From: Candidatus Latescibacterota bacterium
Lineage (GTDB): Bacteria > Latescibacterota > UBA2968 > GCA-2709665
Reading direction: 5' to 3'
Assembly: GCA_965203805.1 (NCBI GenBank)
Contig: OZ241917.1
Location: 2,592,001-2,656,000 of the forward strand
Length of the DNA: 64,000 nt
Each line of letters starts with the position of its first letter. Position 1 is the first letter of the stretch. Shown here piece by piece: positions 1 to 8,776 of this stretch. The notes beneath the pieces are model-generated. The model was given only the letters and a program-made list of their open reading frames with translations. It was not told where the DNA came from and ran no database searches. The translations under genes and the position numbers were made by a program.

Positions 1-118
1 GTGTGGATGGTACCAGCCGTTGATGTATCTGACAATGAATGCCGTGTCGTCACTGCAGCACAGGTCTAATCACGCCAGTCGAAGATCGTCCTGAACCGGC
101 CACCTGATTACAATTGAA

Positions 119-368
119 TCCCCCCACCACCGTCGCCGGCCGTTCCACATTTCGACCCTTCGGCGGGCTTGCTTCGACAAGCTCAGCACAAGCAGGGGCC
201 GGCTCGGCTTCTGCCTGCCTGCCGCCTGCCTGCGCCGCTGCGCTTCCCGCGGCAGGCAGGCGCTCCGCTTGGCGCAGGCAGGCGACTCCCCTCAAGGGGG
301 GAGTGATTGCGACGTGAATGCGCGACAGCCGGTGTCGAATGCGTCCACAGGGTGACGTGATTGCGAGA
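119..368. repeat. Composite palindromic (REP-cluster-like) repeat, copy A; direct repeat with 1577-1794
   Basis: Core 195-312 is nearly identical to 1620-1738. Contains nested CCTGCCTGC..GCAGGCAGG hairpins (214-282, inner 225-260), a CTCCCC-TCAA-GGGGGGAG hairpin and a 23-bp TTCGACAAGCTCAG element (171-193). Confidence 0.85.
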
Positions 369-470
369 GGTCGCTAACGGGCTGAACATCGATCTCTACG
401 CCAACGGAGACATCGCAGGCCTCGACGTCGACGCTTCCCGGCGTCTTGACCATTCGACACTTGAGTCCAC
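363..470 (+). pseudogene. 3' fragment of a DUF2283 gene
   Basis: DNA gcgagaggtcgctaacgggctgaacatcgatctc... aligns by eye with the 3' half of the intact gene at 7045-7260; 5' half missing. Confidence 0.7.
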
Positions 471-573
471 TCCGAAAAGCCGCGTTTACATGGCCGGGAA
501 AAAGCGCTAAATTCGAAGTGTGACGAGGTTGCAAAGCCGGATTGATGATTGATCGCAAAAAAGCGAGGGAGCT

Positions 574-1500
574 ATGTTCGGAAGGAGTGCCCCTTCAAGT
601 CAGCCGGATCTGTTTTCCAGCTTCGAGTTGCATTTCAGCAGACGGAAGCAGGATCAGTTGAATGATCCGAAGTCGTGGCACAATCTGTTTTACGAACACG
701 TCACGTCAAAGGTCGATGAGGATCTGTACTCGGTGCTGCGCGATGCCAACGAGGACCGACCCGGTGCGCCGATTCGACAACTGGTGTCGATGTTGATCCT
801 GAAGGAGGGATTTGGATGGAACGATGCGCAACTGTTCGAGCATTGTCGATTCAACATCCTGGTGATGCGCGCATTGGGGATGATGAATCTATGCGATGAG
901 GCGCCTGCTGAGTCCAGGTATTATCGTTTCAAGCATGCTTTGTATGAGGTTCAACTGAAGACCGGCCGCGAACTGATTGGCGAGACGCTCTCGAGCTTAA
1001 CCAGGACGCAGGCCAGCGCCTTTGGTGTGTTGGATCGGCACGTCCGCATGGACAGTAAGTTGATCGGCTCGAACATTGTGCTTTGCTGCCGGCTGCACCT
1101 GGTGGCGCGATGCATGCGAGCGTTCTGGGAGTCGCTGGACAAGGACCAAAAGGGACGTTTGTCTTCGAAAAGACAGGTTTTGGACGGATTGCTCAAGGGG
1201 AAGCCCTATCAGGTTGTCTATGGTCTCAACCGCGTTGAAATGGGTGAGAAGCTGCAGGAATTCGGGCAGTTATTGCGCAGGCTTCAAGCGACCTATACCG
1301 AGAGCCACAGCGATCTATACGGCCTGATCGTGCGGGCTATGGCGGATCAGTATAACGTCCTATCGTCCTCCAAACAGGTGTTTCCGAAGCCCCCTCAAGA
1401 GATCTCCCCTTTCTCCCTGCAGGTTGCCGATGTTGACGCGGAGGCCGCTGTTCGATCCCGTGTGGCAAAATTAGAAGGTCTTTGGAGCCCGGATGGGTAG
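574..1500 (+). pseudogene. Truncated DDE transposase (IS5/IS1182-like, DUF772-type N-terminus)
   Basis: Motifs RPGAPIRQLVSMLILKE..W.DAQLFE...FN and RMDSKLIGSN; ends after an EIS..SLQ-like motif, before the expected C-terminal catalytic region. Confidence 0.65.
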
Positions 1501-1576
1501 CGTGATTGATGACACAGGAGACGTTGATGAACGAAAAGAAGCTCTCTAACCTGGCCGCCATCCGATAAGGCTTGAG

Positions 1577-1794
1577 CCCCCCACCGCATCAGCCGTCGCC
1601 GGCCCTTCGACAAGCTCAGGGGGCCGGCTCGGCTTCTGCCTGCCTGCCGCCTGCCTGCGCCGCTGCGCTTCCCGCGGCAGGCAGGCGCTCCGCTTGGCGC
1701 AGGCAGGCGACTCCCCCTCAAGGGGGGAGTGATTGCGATGTGAATGCGCGACAGCCGGTGTCGAATGCCTCCAAAGGGTGGCGTGATCGCGAGG
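1577..1794. repeat. Composite palindromic repeat, copy B
   Basis: Direct repeat of 119-368 with the same nested hairpins (1639-1707, inner 1650-1685). Confidence 0.85.
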
Positions 1795-1831
1795 TTTCGT
1801 TGATGCGGTAGTCAGAAAGAGAGGGAAGCCC

Positions 1832-2974
1832 ATGGATATCGAGGGGATTCGCGGCCAGATGCCGGGCCTGAAACACGGCGTTTACCTGAACACCGCCGGA
1901 ATCGGTCAGTCGCCGGTCTGCGTGAACGAAGCGGTCGCCGAGGGCTATCAGCAGTTGCGCAGCGGCAGCGTCAGTACGAGCGACTGGTACGACGCAATGT
2001 CCGAGGCCCAGGACGAATTGCCGGCCAAAATTGCCGGCTTCTTCGGCGCCGATGCAGGGGAAATCGCGCTGACGATGAGCACCGGAGAAGGTTACGGTAT
2101 GGTGCTCGGCGGGCTGCGGTGGCAACCGGGAGACGAGGTCCTCATTACCAATGAGGAACACCCGGTACCCCTTGAAGCCGCCCAGGGTGTGGCGGACCGG
2201 GAAGGAGCGATCGTCAAGGTGGTCGAAATCGACCAGGATAAAGACCTTTTCCTGGACCGGCTGGCGAATTCGATCACCCCGCGTACCCGGCTGATCTGTT
2301 TCAGCCATGTCACGACGGATTGGGGGACCCGGCTGCCCGCCCGCGAGGTCTGCGAGCTGGCGCGGGCCCGCGGCATTCTCACGCTCTGGGATGGCTGCCA
2401 GGCCATCGGGCAGTTTCCGGTGGACCTGCATGAAATCGGCTGCGACTTCTACGCCACCAATTGCTACAAGTGGATGCTTTCGCCGATGGGTACCGGATTC
2501 CTCTATGTCAGGAAAGGCGCGCAGCAAGTTTTGAAGCCGCTGCGGCGACCGCACGCCCCCGACGGTACGGCCCGGCAGTACGAGACCGGATCGCCGGCGC
2601 GCGCGCTCTACCTGGGTCTCGGCGCGGGTCTCGATTTTTTGGCCGGCATCGGCGGGCCGCGGGCCATCGCCGCGGAGGCGGGACCAAAGGCGGAATCGCT
2701 GCGCGATCGCTTCGACGCCATTCCCGGCGTGCGGGTCATCGGCTCACGCCGCGCCGAAACCCAAACCGGCACTGTCGCGTTCGCTGTCGAGGGCATGGAA
2801 GGGAACGAAGTCTCCGACGCACTCCGGAACCGCTGGCAAATCGCCCAACGGGCGACCAACATCAACAAACCCTCCGGTGTGCGGATTTCGGTGGCGTTCT
2901 ACACCACCGATTCGGAGCTGGATACCCTGGTCGAAGCGGTCACCACCCTGGCGGGCGAGACCGGGAATCGGTAA
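1832..2974 (+). CDS. Aminotransferase class V (cysteine desulfurase/isopenicillin N epimerase-like PLP enzyme)
   Basis: YLNTAG, SHV, DGCQAIG, NCYKWMLSPMGTG (PLP Lys); SD-like gaggga upstream. Confidence 0.85.
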   Translation: MDIEGIRGQMPGLKHGVYLNTAGIGQSPVCVNEAVAEGYQQLRSGSVSTSDWYDAMSEAQDELPAKIAGFFGADAGEIALTMSTGEGYGMVLGGLRWQPGDEVLITNEEHPVPLEAAQGVADREGAIVKVVEIDQDKDLFLDRLANSITPRTRLICFSHVTTDWGTRLPAREVCELARARGILTLWDGCQAIGQFPVDLHEIGCDFYATNCYKWMLSPMGTGFLYVRKGAQQVLKPLRRPHAPDGTARQYETGSPARALYLGLGAGLDFLAGIGGPRAIAAEAGPKAESLRDRFDAIPGVRVIGSRRAETQTGTVAFAVEGMEGNEVSDALRNRWQIAQRATNINKPSGVRISVAFYTTDSELDTLVEAVTTLAGETGNR

Positions 2975-3058
2975 CGGGCAAGAGGCTGAATCCTTTCTCC
3001 TTTGTAGCTGGCGCAGCCCGCCTGCACCCGTGTTCGATCCGGCTGACAGAATCTTCAC

Positions 3059-3165
3059 TTGATTCCAGGGTCCCTTTCCTGTAGATTGTCACGTCGCGGT
3101 CATTCGACAAACGGACGCTCTCATAACCGGCAATTGGACGCCATTGAAACCGACAAATGGACGCT
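3059..3165 (+). promoter_or_regulatory. Sigma70-like promoter plus three 23-bp-period direct repeats overlapping the start codon
   Basis: TTGATT-N17-TAGATT (3059-3087); units CGACAAACGGACGC, CGGCAATTGGACGC, CGACAAATGGACGC. Confidence 0.6.
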
Positions 3166-4404
3166 AACCGTTCCCTCTTTCCCCGCTCGCTGGCGCCCGT
3201 TCTTGGGGAGGCCCTGGCCGACACGCCGGTGGTCTGTCTGCTCGGACCGAGGCAAAGCGGGAAAACGACGCTCGTCCAGCAACTCGCGCCCGACCGCGCG
3301 TACGTCAGCCTGGACGATCACAACTATTATCAGACCGCCCGGACCGATCCCTCCGGCTTCGTCGCCAGCCTGCCGGACGCGGTGACCCTGGACGAGGTGC
3401 AAAGGGCGCCGCAACTGCTCCCCGCCATCAAGCGCGCCGTGGATCAGGACCGTCGTCCCGGTCGTTTCGTGCTGACCGGCTCGGCCAATCTGCTGCTGGC
3501 GCCAACGGTAACCGAATCCCTGGCCGGGCGGATGGAAACCGCGCAATTGCACCCGCTGACGGAATCCGAAAAAGAGCGCGCGCCGGGGCGCTTCCTCAGC
3601 GACCTGCTGAACGGCGCGATCAAGCCGGGCATCCGGCCCGAGGCGGCGGCTGAAGCGCCGTCGCTGCAGGACCGACTGGTCGCCGGCGGCTATCCCGAAC
3701 CGCTGACCCGCGCGCCCGTCCGCTCCCGGCAATGGCACCGGCAGTACCTGCGCAGCATTATCGATCGGGACGTGCGGGACGTGGCGCGGGTGAGAGATTC
3801 ACACGAACTGGGTCGCCTGTTGGAGCTGTTGGCCCTTCGCAGCGCCGGATTGTTGAACACCTGTAATCTGGCCAATGCCCTGGGCCTGCACCGGTCGACG
3901 GTAGATCACTACATCGCCGTCCTCGAACGCCTCTTTCTTGTGCGACGCCTTCCGGCGTGGCGCCGCAACCCGGCCAAACGGCTCATCAGAGCACCCAAGG
4001 TCCATCTCCTCGATAGCGGGCTGACTGCAACCCTCGCCAACCTGACCGCGTACGACTGGCTGGGCAGGCGGGACCAGATGGGGCATCTGCTGGAGTCCTT
4101 TGTCGTACAGCAACTCATTGCCCAGGCCGCCTGGACGGAACCGGATCTGCGTTTCTGGCACTATCGAGACAAGGACCGGGTGGAGGTCGACGTGGTCATT
4201 ACCCGGGGTCAAAAGACATGGGGCGTTGAAGTCAAGGCCGCCCGTGGGATCAGCTCCGGAGACGGGAAAGGGCTGATTCGGCTCGCTGATCGTTGCGGCA
4301 AGGATTTCGAGTGCGGCGTGCTGCTCTACGCCGGCCGCGATCGACTCCCGTTGGCCGACGAGCGCATACTCGCCGTGCCGCTGAGCGAATTGTGGGAGCG
4401 GTAG
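3157..4404 (+). CDS. AAA_14 ATPase with wHTH and DUF4143 (PD-(D/E)XK-like) domain
   Basis: Walker A GPRQSGKT, LDEVQ, TGS, LAGR, C-terminal EVD..GVEVK. Confidence 0.9.
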   Translation: MDANRSLFPRSLAPVLGEALADTPVVCLLGPRQSGKTTLVQQLAPDRAYVSLDDHNYYQTARTDPSGFVASLPDAVTLDEVQRAPQLLPAIKRAVDQDRRPGRFVLTGSANLLLAPTVTESLAGRMETAQLHPLTESEKERAPGRFLSDLLNGAIKPGIRPEAAAEAPSLQDRLVAGGYPEPLTRAPVRSRQWHRQYLRSIIDRDVRDVARVRDSHELGRLLELLALRSAGLLNTCNLANALGLHRSTVDHYIAVLERLFLVRRLPAWRRNPAKRLIRAPKVHLLDSGLTATLANLTAYDWLGRRDQMGHLLESFVVQQLIAQAAWTEPDLRFWHYRDKDRVEVDVVITRGQKTWGVEVKAARGISSGDGKGLIRLADRCGKDFECGVLLYAGRDRLPLADERILAVPLSELWER

Positions 4405-4454
4405 GGCGCCTGCCCTTCGGCGGTGTTGATCGACCTGGCAAACGGACTCGCCTC

Positions 4455-4600
4455 TTGATTGCGGCAACCAAATCTTGTAGATTAATGTCGCACACATTCG
4501 ACACGTGAGGACGATTAAAACCTACAATCAGACGCTCCATTGACCGACAATTAGACGCACATATAACCGACGAATGGACGCTCACCGATTCGGTTCCCCC
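4455..4600 (+). promoter_or_regulatory. Orphan paralogous promoter/repeat cassette with the first codons of a lost AAA_14-type gene
   Basis: TTGATT-N17-TAGATT (4455-4483), 3-4 units of CGACAA..GACGC at about 23-bp period, then ATGGACGCT (MDA..) as at 3157. Confidence 0.55.
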
Positions 4601-4703
4601 GGCAGTGCGGGGAGAAGACCTCCAGCCGCGAATGGAGGCCGCATTGGATTGTTACGGAAAGCCACTGCTGTCCAGGAACGAAGCCGATTTCAGGCAGGTG
4701 GGA

Positions 4704-4799
4704 CCCTTTGTGTTTTTGTGCCTTTTGTGGCAGATGTTTTTTCGCGGCAAACCGGAAGAGCAGAACAATAGCCACAAAAAGCACAGAAGGCACACAAGG
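4704..4799. repeat. Inverted pair of GCCACAAAA(A/G)GCAC-type repeats (third copy at 24958-24984)
   Basis: ccctttgtgtttttgtgccttttgtggc ... gccacaaaaagcacagaaggcacacaagg. Confidence 0.6.
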
Positions 4800-4822
4800 A
4801 CTGGACGACAACAGGAAGGGCC

Positions 4823-5029
4823 ATGAAACTTCATTACTATCCCGAAACCGATAGCCTGTACGTCGAGTTCAAATCCGGTCCGGGCACTGAAACGCGAGAG
4901 GTCACTACCGGGCTAAACGTCGATCTCGACGCCAACGGAGACATCGTAGGCTTCGACATCGCAAAAACGCAGGACTGGCAACACACACCCATCACGATAC
5001 TTGAAGAGGAGCAACAAATGTCACCTTGA
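4823..5029 (+). pseudogene. DUF2283 protein, C-terminally rearranged copy
   Basis: First 46 aa nearly identical to 7045-7260, then diverges. Confidence 0.7.
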
Positions 5030-5082
5030 TCATACCTCATCCACTATCAATAGTGTCCAATTTTAAACCGGTGTTGACAAGA

Positions 5083-5268
5083 GACAGCGATCTATATGGT
5101 CTGATCGTGCGTGTTTTGGGGGATCAGTATACCGTTTTATCGTCACCCAAACAGGTGCCCCGTCACGAGATCTCCCCTTTCTCCTTGCAGTATGCCGATG
5201 TTGACGCAGCGGCCTCAGTTCGATCACGTGCGGCATATGTACAAGATCTTTGGAGCCCGGATGGGTAG
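5083..5268 (+). pseudogene. 3' remnant of the same transposase as 574-1500
   Basis: DSDLYGLIVR..DQY.VLSS.KQV...EISPFSLQ.ADVDA...LWSPDG* matches the end of 574-1500. Confidence 0.75.
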
Positions 5269-5295
5269 CGTGATTGATGAGCTCAGGAAACGTCG

Positions 5296-6756
5296 ATGAA
5301 CGAAAAGAACCTCTCAAACCTGGCCGCCCTTGGCGAAGGCTATACCATCGAGTTCAAGCGCTCGGGCACTTCCGGGCTTGGACGTGAGATATGCGCCTTT
5401 GCCAATGCCACCGGCGGCGTGATCTTGATTGGCGTGACCGACGATGGGGTGGGCTGCGGCGTTGCTGACCACAACCGCTTGAAGTCCAGGGTCCAGTCGA
5501 TCGCCCGCAGCGCGGAGCCGCCCATCGCGGTCGAGATCGAAAGCGTAGAAGGCGTGCTCTGTGTGACCGTGCCCGCGCAGCACAGCAAGCCCTACTCTTT
5601 CGGTGGAAAGTTCTACATCCGCGAAGGGGCGAGCAGTCAGCAAATGTCGCGCGAGGAGATTCGGGAATTCTTTTACAAGGAAGGGCTGATCCATTTCGAC
5701 GAAACCGCGTGCGACAGGTTTTCATTGGAGAAAGACCTTGATGAAGAGAAATGGTCCGTGTTTCAGCGCCGCGCGAAAATTCCCGAGGATATGGATCCGG
5801 AGATCGCGCTTCGCAACCTGCACCTGATGGATGAAGATGGCCGGATGACACACGCCGGGGCTTGGTTGCTGGCCAGAGACATCCGGAAGTTCAATATCAG
5901 CGCGGACGTCGCATGTGCGCTCTTCATGGGAACTGACAAGGTGCGCATTCTCGACAGGCGCGACTTCCACGGCGACGTCTATACGATGATTGAAGAGGTG
6001 ATGGCCTGGATTCTCTCCAAAATCAACATCGAGTACATCATTAAGCACGTAAAGCGGGAAGAACGGCCGGAACTGCCCGAAGAGGCCATTCGCGAGGCGG
6101 TCGTCAACGCATTGGCCCACCGAGACTACCGTTCGACGGCCAATGTACAGATTTACCTGTTCAATGACCGGCTCGAAATCGTCAGCCCTGGCGGGTTGCC
6201 CGCCGGCATGACGGAAGCGGATCTCGGTATCAAGAGCATACCGCGCAATCCGCTGTTGTTCGGCATCCTGCACCGCATGGAGGCGGTCGAGAGGATCGGT
6301 TCAGGCATTCGGAGAATCCGCGACCTGTGCCGTGAACACGGAGTGGCTGAACCGTTGATCGAAGTGGCCGATTCGTGGGTAACGACAATGTTCCAAAGGC
6401 CAACCTCAGAGGTGGAAACCCGCACCGGGCGAAAGCAAGAGTCAGGCAAGAGCCAGGCAAGAGTCGGGCAAGAGCCGGCACCAGGTCGGCACCAGGTCGG
6501 CACTAAGTCGGCACCAAGTCGGCACCAAGTCCAAATCCTGCGTAACTGCCTGTCAGAAAAGGCGATAGGGACGTTAATGGCGTCAGTCAGTAGAAAGGAC
6601 CGAACCAAGTTCAGGAACCAGGTCCTGAAACCCCTGTTGGAAGCCGGATGGCTGGAGATGACCATACCGGACAAGCCGACAAGCAGCAAGCAGAAATACC
6701 GGGTGACAAGCAAGGGGCGACAGCTTTTGGCGGAGTTGGGGGAGAACAATGTCTGA
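5296..6756 (+). CDS. Schlafen/AlbA_2 + HATPase_c_4 (RecG-C-like) + C-terminal wHTH protein
   Basis: EGYTIEFK, AFANATGG, GVTDDG; REAVVNALAHRDY; RNPLL; C-terminal TIPDKPTSSKQKY. Confidence 0.85.
   Translation: MNEKNLSNLAALGEGYTIEFKRSGTSGLGREICAFANATGGVILIGVTDDGVGCGVADHNRLKSRVQSIARSAEPPIAVEIESVEGVLCVTVPAQHSKPYSFGGKFYIREGASSQQMSREEIREFFYKEGLIHFDETACDRFSLEKDLDEEKWSVFQRRAKIPEDMDPEIALRNLHLMDEDGRMTHAGAWLLARDIRKFNISADVACALFMGTDKVRILDRRDFHGDVYTMIEEVMAWILSKINIEYIIKHVKREERPELPEEAIREAVVNALAHRDYRSTANVQIYLFNDRLEIVSPGGLPAGMTEADLGIKSIPRNPLLFGILHRMEAVERIGSGIRRIRDLCREHGVAEPLIEVADSWVTTMFQRPTSEVETRTGRKQESGKSQARVGQEPAPGRHQVGTKSAPSRHQVQILRNCLSEKAIGTLMASVSRKDRTKFRNQVLKPLLEAGWLEMTIPDKPTSSKQKYRVTSKGRQLLAELGENNV
6435..6531 (+). 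repeat. Intragenic tandem array of about 11-bp units (4x GCAAGAGYCRG, then 5x GCACYARGTCG)
   Basis: Read directly from sequence, in the linker before the wHTH. Confidence 0.9.
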
Positions 6757-6985
6757 AGACAGCGCATGGAATGAAACGCTGGTAGAAAAAACGGTGACCC
6801 ACCACATTGAATTAGACGGGCGGCTTTTTCTGATCGAAAACGTCCCGGCGCGAGTCAACGTCGAGACGGACGAGAAGCACTTCTCACCGGAGACCGTCGA
6901 ACGGTTACAGCAAGTGGTGTGGGAACAATGCCGACCCGTTCGCACTATCGAGACTCAGGTCTATGAATACGCTGCTCTCTCTTGA
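6749..6985 (+). CDS. YgiT/MqsA-type zinc-finger-like small protein (Cys-less variant)
   Basis: IENVPARVNVETDEKHFSPETVERLQ pattern. Confidence 0.65.
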   Translation: MSEDSAWNETLVEKTVTHHIELDGRLFLIENVPARVNVETDEKHFSPETVERLQQVVWEQCRPVRTIETQVYEYAALS

Positions 6986-7044
6986 AGGAACCGCCCGGTT
7001 GTCGGCAACGCATTCTTTGATCGCGGCTTTCGAAAGGAAGGGCC

Positions 7045-7260
7045 ATGAAACTCCATTACTATCCCGAAACCGATAGCCTGTACGTCGAGTTCAAATCCGG
7101 TCCGGGCACTGAAACGCGAGAGGTCGCCAACGGGCTGAACGTCGATCTCGACGCCAACGGAGACGTCGTAGGCTTCGATATCGACGCGGCTTCCAGGCGT
7201 CTTGACCTTTCCACGCTTGAAACGGAGGCGTTGCCGGTACGCGCGTACAAGATGGGCTGA
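7045..7260 (+). CDS. DUF2283 domain protein (putative antitoxin)
   Basis: MKLHYYPETDSLYVEF...DLDANGDVVGFDI; overlapped (ATGA) by a remnant partner-gene tail NAFFDRGF. Confidence 0.8.
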   Translation: MKLHYYPETDSLYVEFKSGPGTETREVANGLNVDLDANGDVVGFDIDAASRRLDLSTLETEALPVRAYKMG

Positions 7261-7303
7261 CGGTTGTACGACCACCGCTGATTGCTTACCCATGGAGTCC
7301 TCT

Positions 7304-8776
7304 ATGAAATCTGTTATTGACCTCCGTCCGTACGTCCTCATCTTGACGGGCGTTTTCCTGTGTCTGTCCGCCCTGCCCTGTGATGCGAACCCTGCAGGCC
7401 TGCCTGCGCCGAGTTCTCTGCCTCGCCTGCTTCAGCAGGCAGGTGCTCGGCAGGCAGGCGGACCCCGGTTGACCCTCGAGGCGTGTCTGAGGCAGGCGCT
7501 GGCCAACAACCGGCAACTGGCGGCGGCCGGATTCGCCGCCGAAAAGGCAAACTGGGACCGCCGGAACGCGTGGTCGCAGTTCGCGCCGAGGGTGAGCTTC
7601 AATACGGAGGTGACGCGGATTGACGAACAGACGCTGGCCGAGCGGGACTTTTCCAGGTACTTTCCACCCGAGATCCCCGTACCGCAAGTGGCGTTCCGGA
7701 CCTCGTACTATTCGTCGTTCCAGGCGCACGTCCCCATCTTCGACGCGGAACTGATCAACGGCGTTGCCGTGGCGACCACCGGACAGTCCGCGGCCGAACG
7801 GACTCGAGAGGCCATCCGCGATCAAATCCTCTATCAGGTCACCTTCGGGTACCTGGAAGTGCTGAAACGCCGCGCGACGCTCGAACTTCAGCGGGAATTC
7901 CTCGTCCTGACCGGCCTGAACGTCAAAAAAGCCGAGAGGATGCACCTTGCGGGGAGATATTCGAAGCTGGACCTGCTGCGGTGGCAGGTGGAACACCAGC
8001 AGCAGAAGAGCAGCGTGGCCGCGGGAGAGTCCGCCTTGCGCGATGCAACGGTTCGCTTGCGCCGGCTGCTCAACCTTCGCGCGCTGGAGACGGACGCGCT
8101 GGCGGACGCCGTCCCGGACGTTCTCAACGCGGAGGCCACGCGGCTGGCGAATTTGTCTGAAGGTGACATCCGGCGGCTGGCGGGCGTGGAGAACCGGACG
8201 CTGGTTGAAGGGAACGCAGTACTCGCAGCGGCGGAACGGGACCGGGAACGCAGCCGCCTGGTCTACCGGGGGCAGGTTTCGAGTTACCTGCCCGACGTCT
8301 CTCTCAGCTATTCGACGGCCTGGCGCAGAAACGATACGCCGGCGCTGGACGACTACAGACCCTCTACGGTCATGGTCAATCTGTCGGTTCCCCTGTTTAC
8401 GGGATTCCGAAACCTCTCGCGTCTGAAGTCGGCGCAATTCAGCTATCTGGCGCAGGATTCGCACTTCTCCGATCTGGTGGACGAGACCCGGCAGTCGCTT
8501 GGCGAGACGGTCAACCGGATCGTCAATCTGAAGAACCAGCGCGAACTGATCTCGACCAGCCTTGCGTTCAATGAAAACAACTATCGGATCGTCTCCCGGG
8601 AAAAGACGCTGGGGCGGGCATCGAATCTGGACGTCATCGATGCGAAGCTGAACCTGCAGAACGCCCGGCTGCTGGAGATCACAACGCGATTCGACCTCGC
8701 CTCAACGGCGGTCGAATTTCACTACCTGATGGGCAGCCTCGACGGTCTGGTCGAGGAAATGGCGGAGTCGGAATGA
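7304..8776 (+). CDS. TolC-family outer membrane efflux protein
   Basis: Signal-like N-terminus, LTLEACLRQALANN, VNLSVPLFTGF; GGAG SD before ATG 7304; first gene of an RND operon. Confidence 0.85.
   Translation: MKSVIDLRPYVLILTGVFLCLSALPCDANPAGLPAPSSLPRLLQQAGARQAGGPRLTLEACLRQALANNRQLAAAGFAAEKANWDRRNAWSQFAPRVSFNTEVTRIDEQTLAERDFSRYFPPEIPVPQVAFRTSYYSSFQAHVPIFDAELINGVAVATTGQSAAERTREAIRDQILYQVTFGYLEVLKRRATLELQREFLVLTGLNVKKAERMHLAGRYSKLDLLRWQVEHQQQKSSVAAGESALRDATVRLRRLLNLRALETDALADAVPDVLNAEATRLANLSEGDIRRLAGVENRTLVEGNAVLAAAERDRERSRLVYRGQVSSYLPDVSLSYSTAWRRNDTPALDDYRPSTVMVNLSVPLFTGFRNLSRLKSAQFSYLAQDSHFSDLVDETRQSLGETVNRIVNLKNQRELISTSLAFNENNYRIVSREKTLGRASNLDVIDAKLNLQNARLLEITTRFDLASTAVEFHYLMGSLDGLVEEMAESE
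7399..7458. mobile_element. Nested CCTGCCTGC micro-palindrome insertion (60 bp, in frame) in tolC
   Basis: CCTGCCTGCgccgag..[cctcgcctgc ttca gcaggcagg]..ctcgGCAGGCAGG; removal restores NPAGGPRLTLE. Confidence 0.75.

Noticed and set aside
50-389. Short ORFs over the palindromic repeats (also 1395-1833, 15669-16263, 56292-56768)
   Set aside because: Open frames arise from stop-poor repeat DNA; no protein-family features
3105-3165. Possible mini-CRISPR (also 4500-4585)
   Set aside because: 14-bp degenerate repeats with 9-bp spacers are far too short; no cas genes in the window
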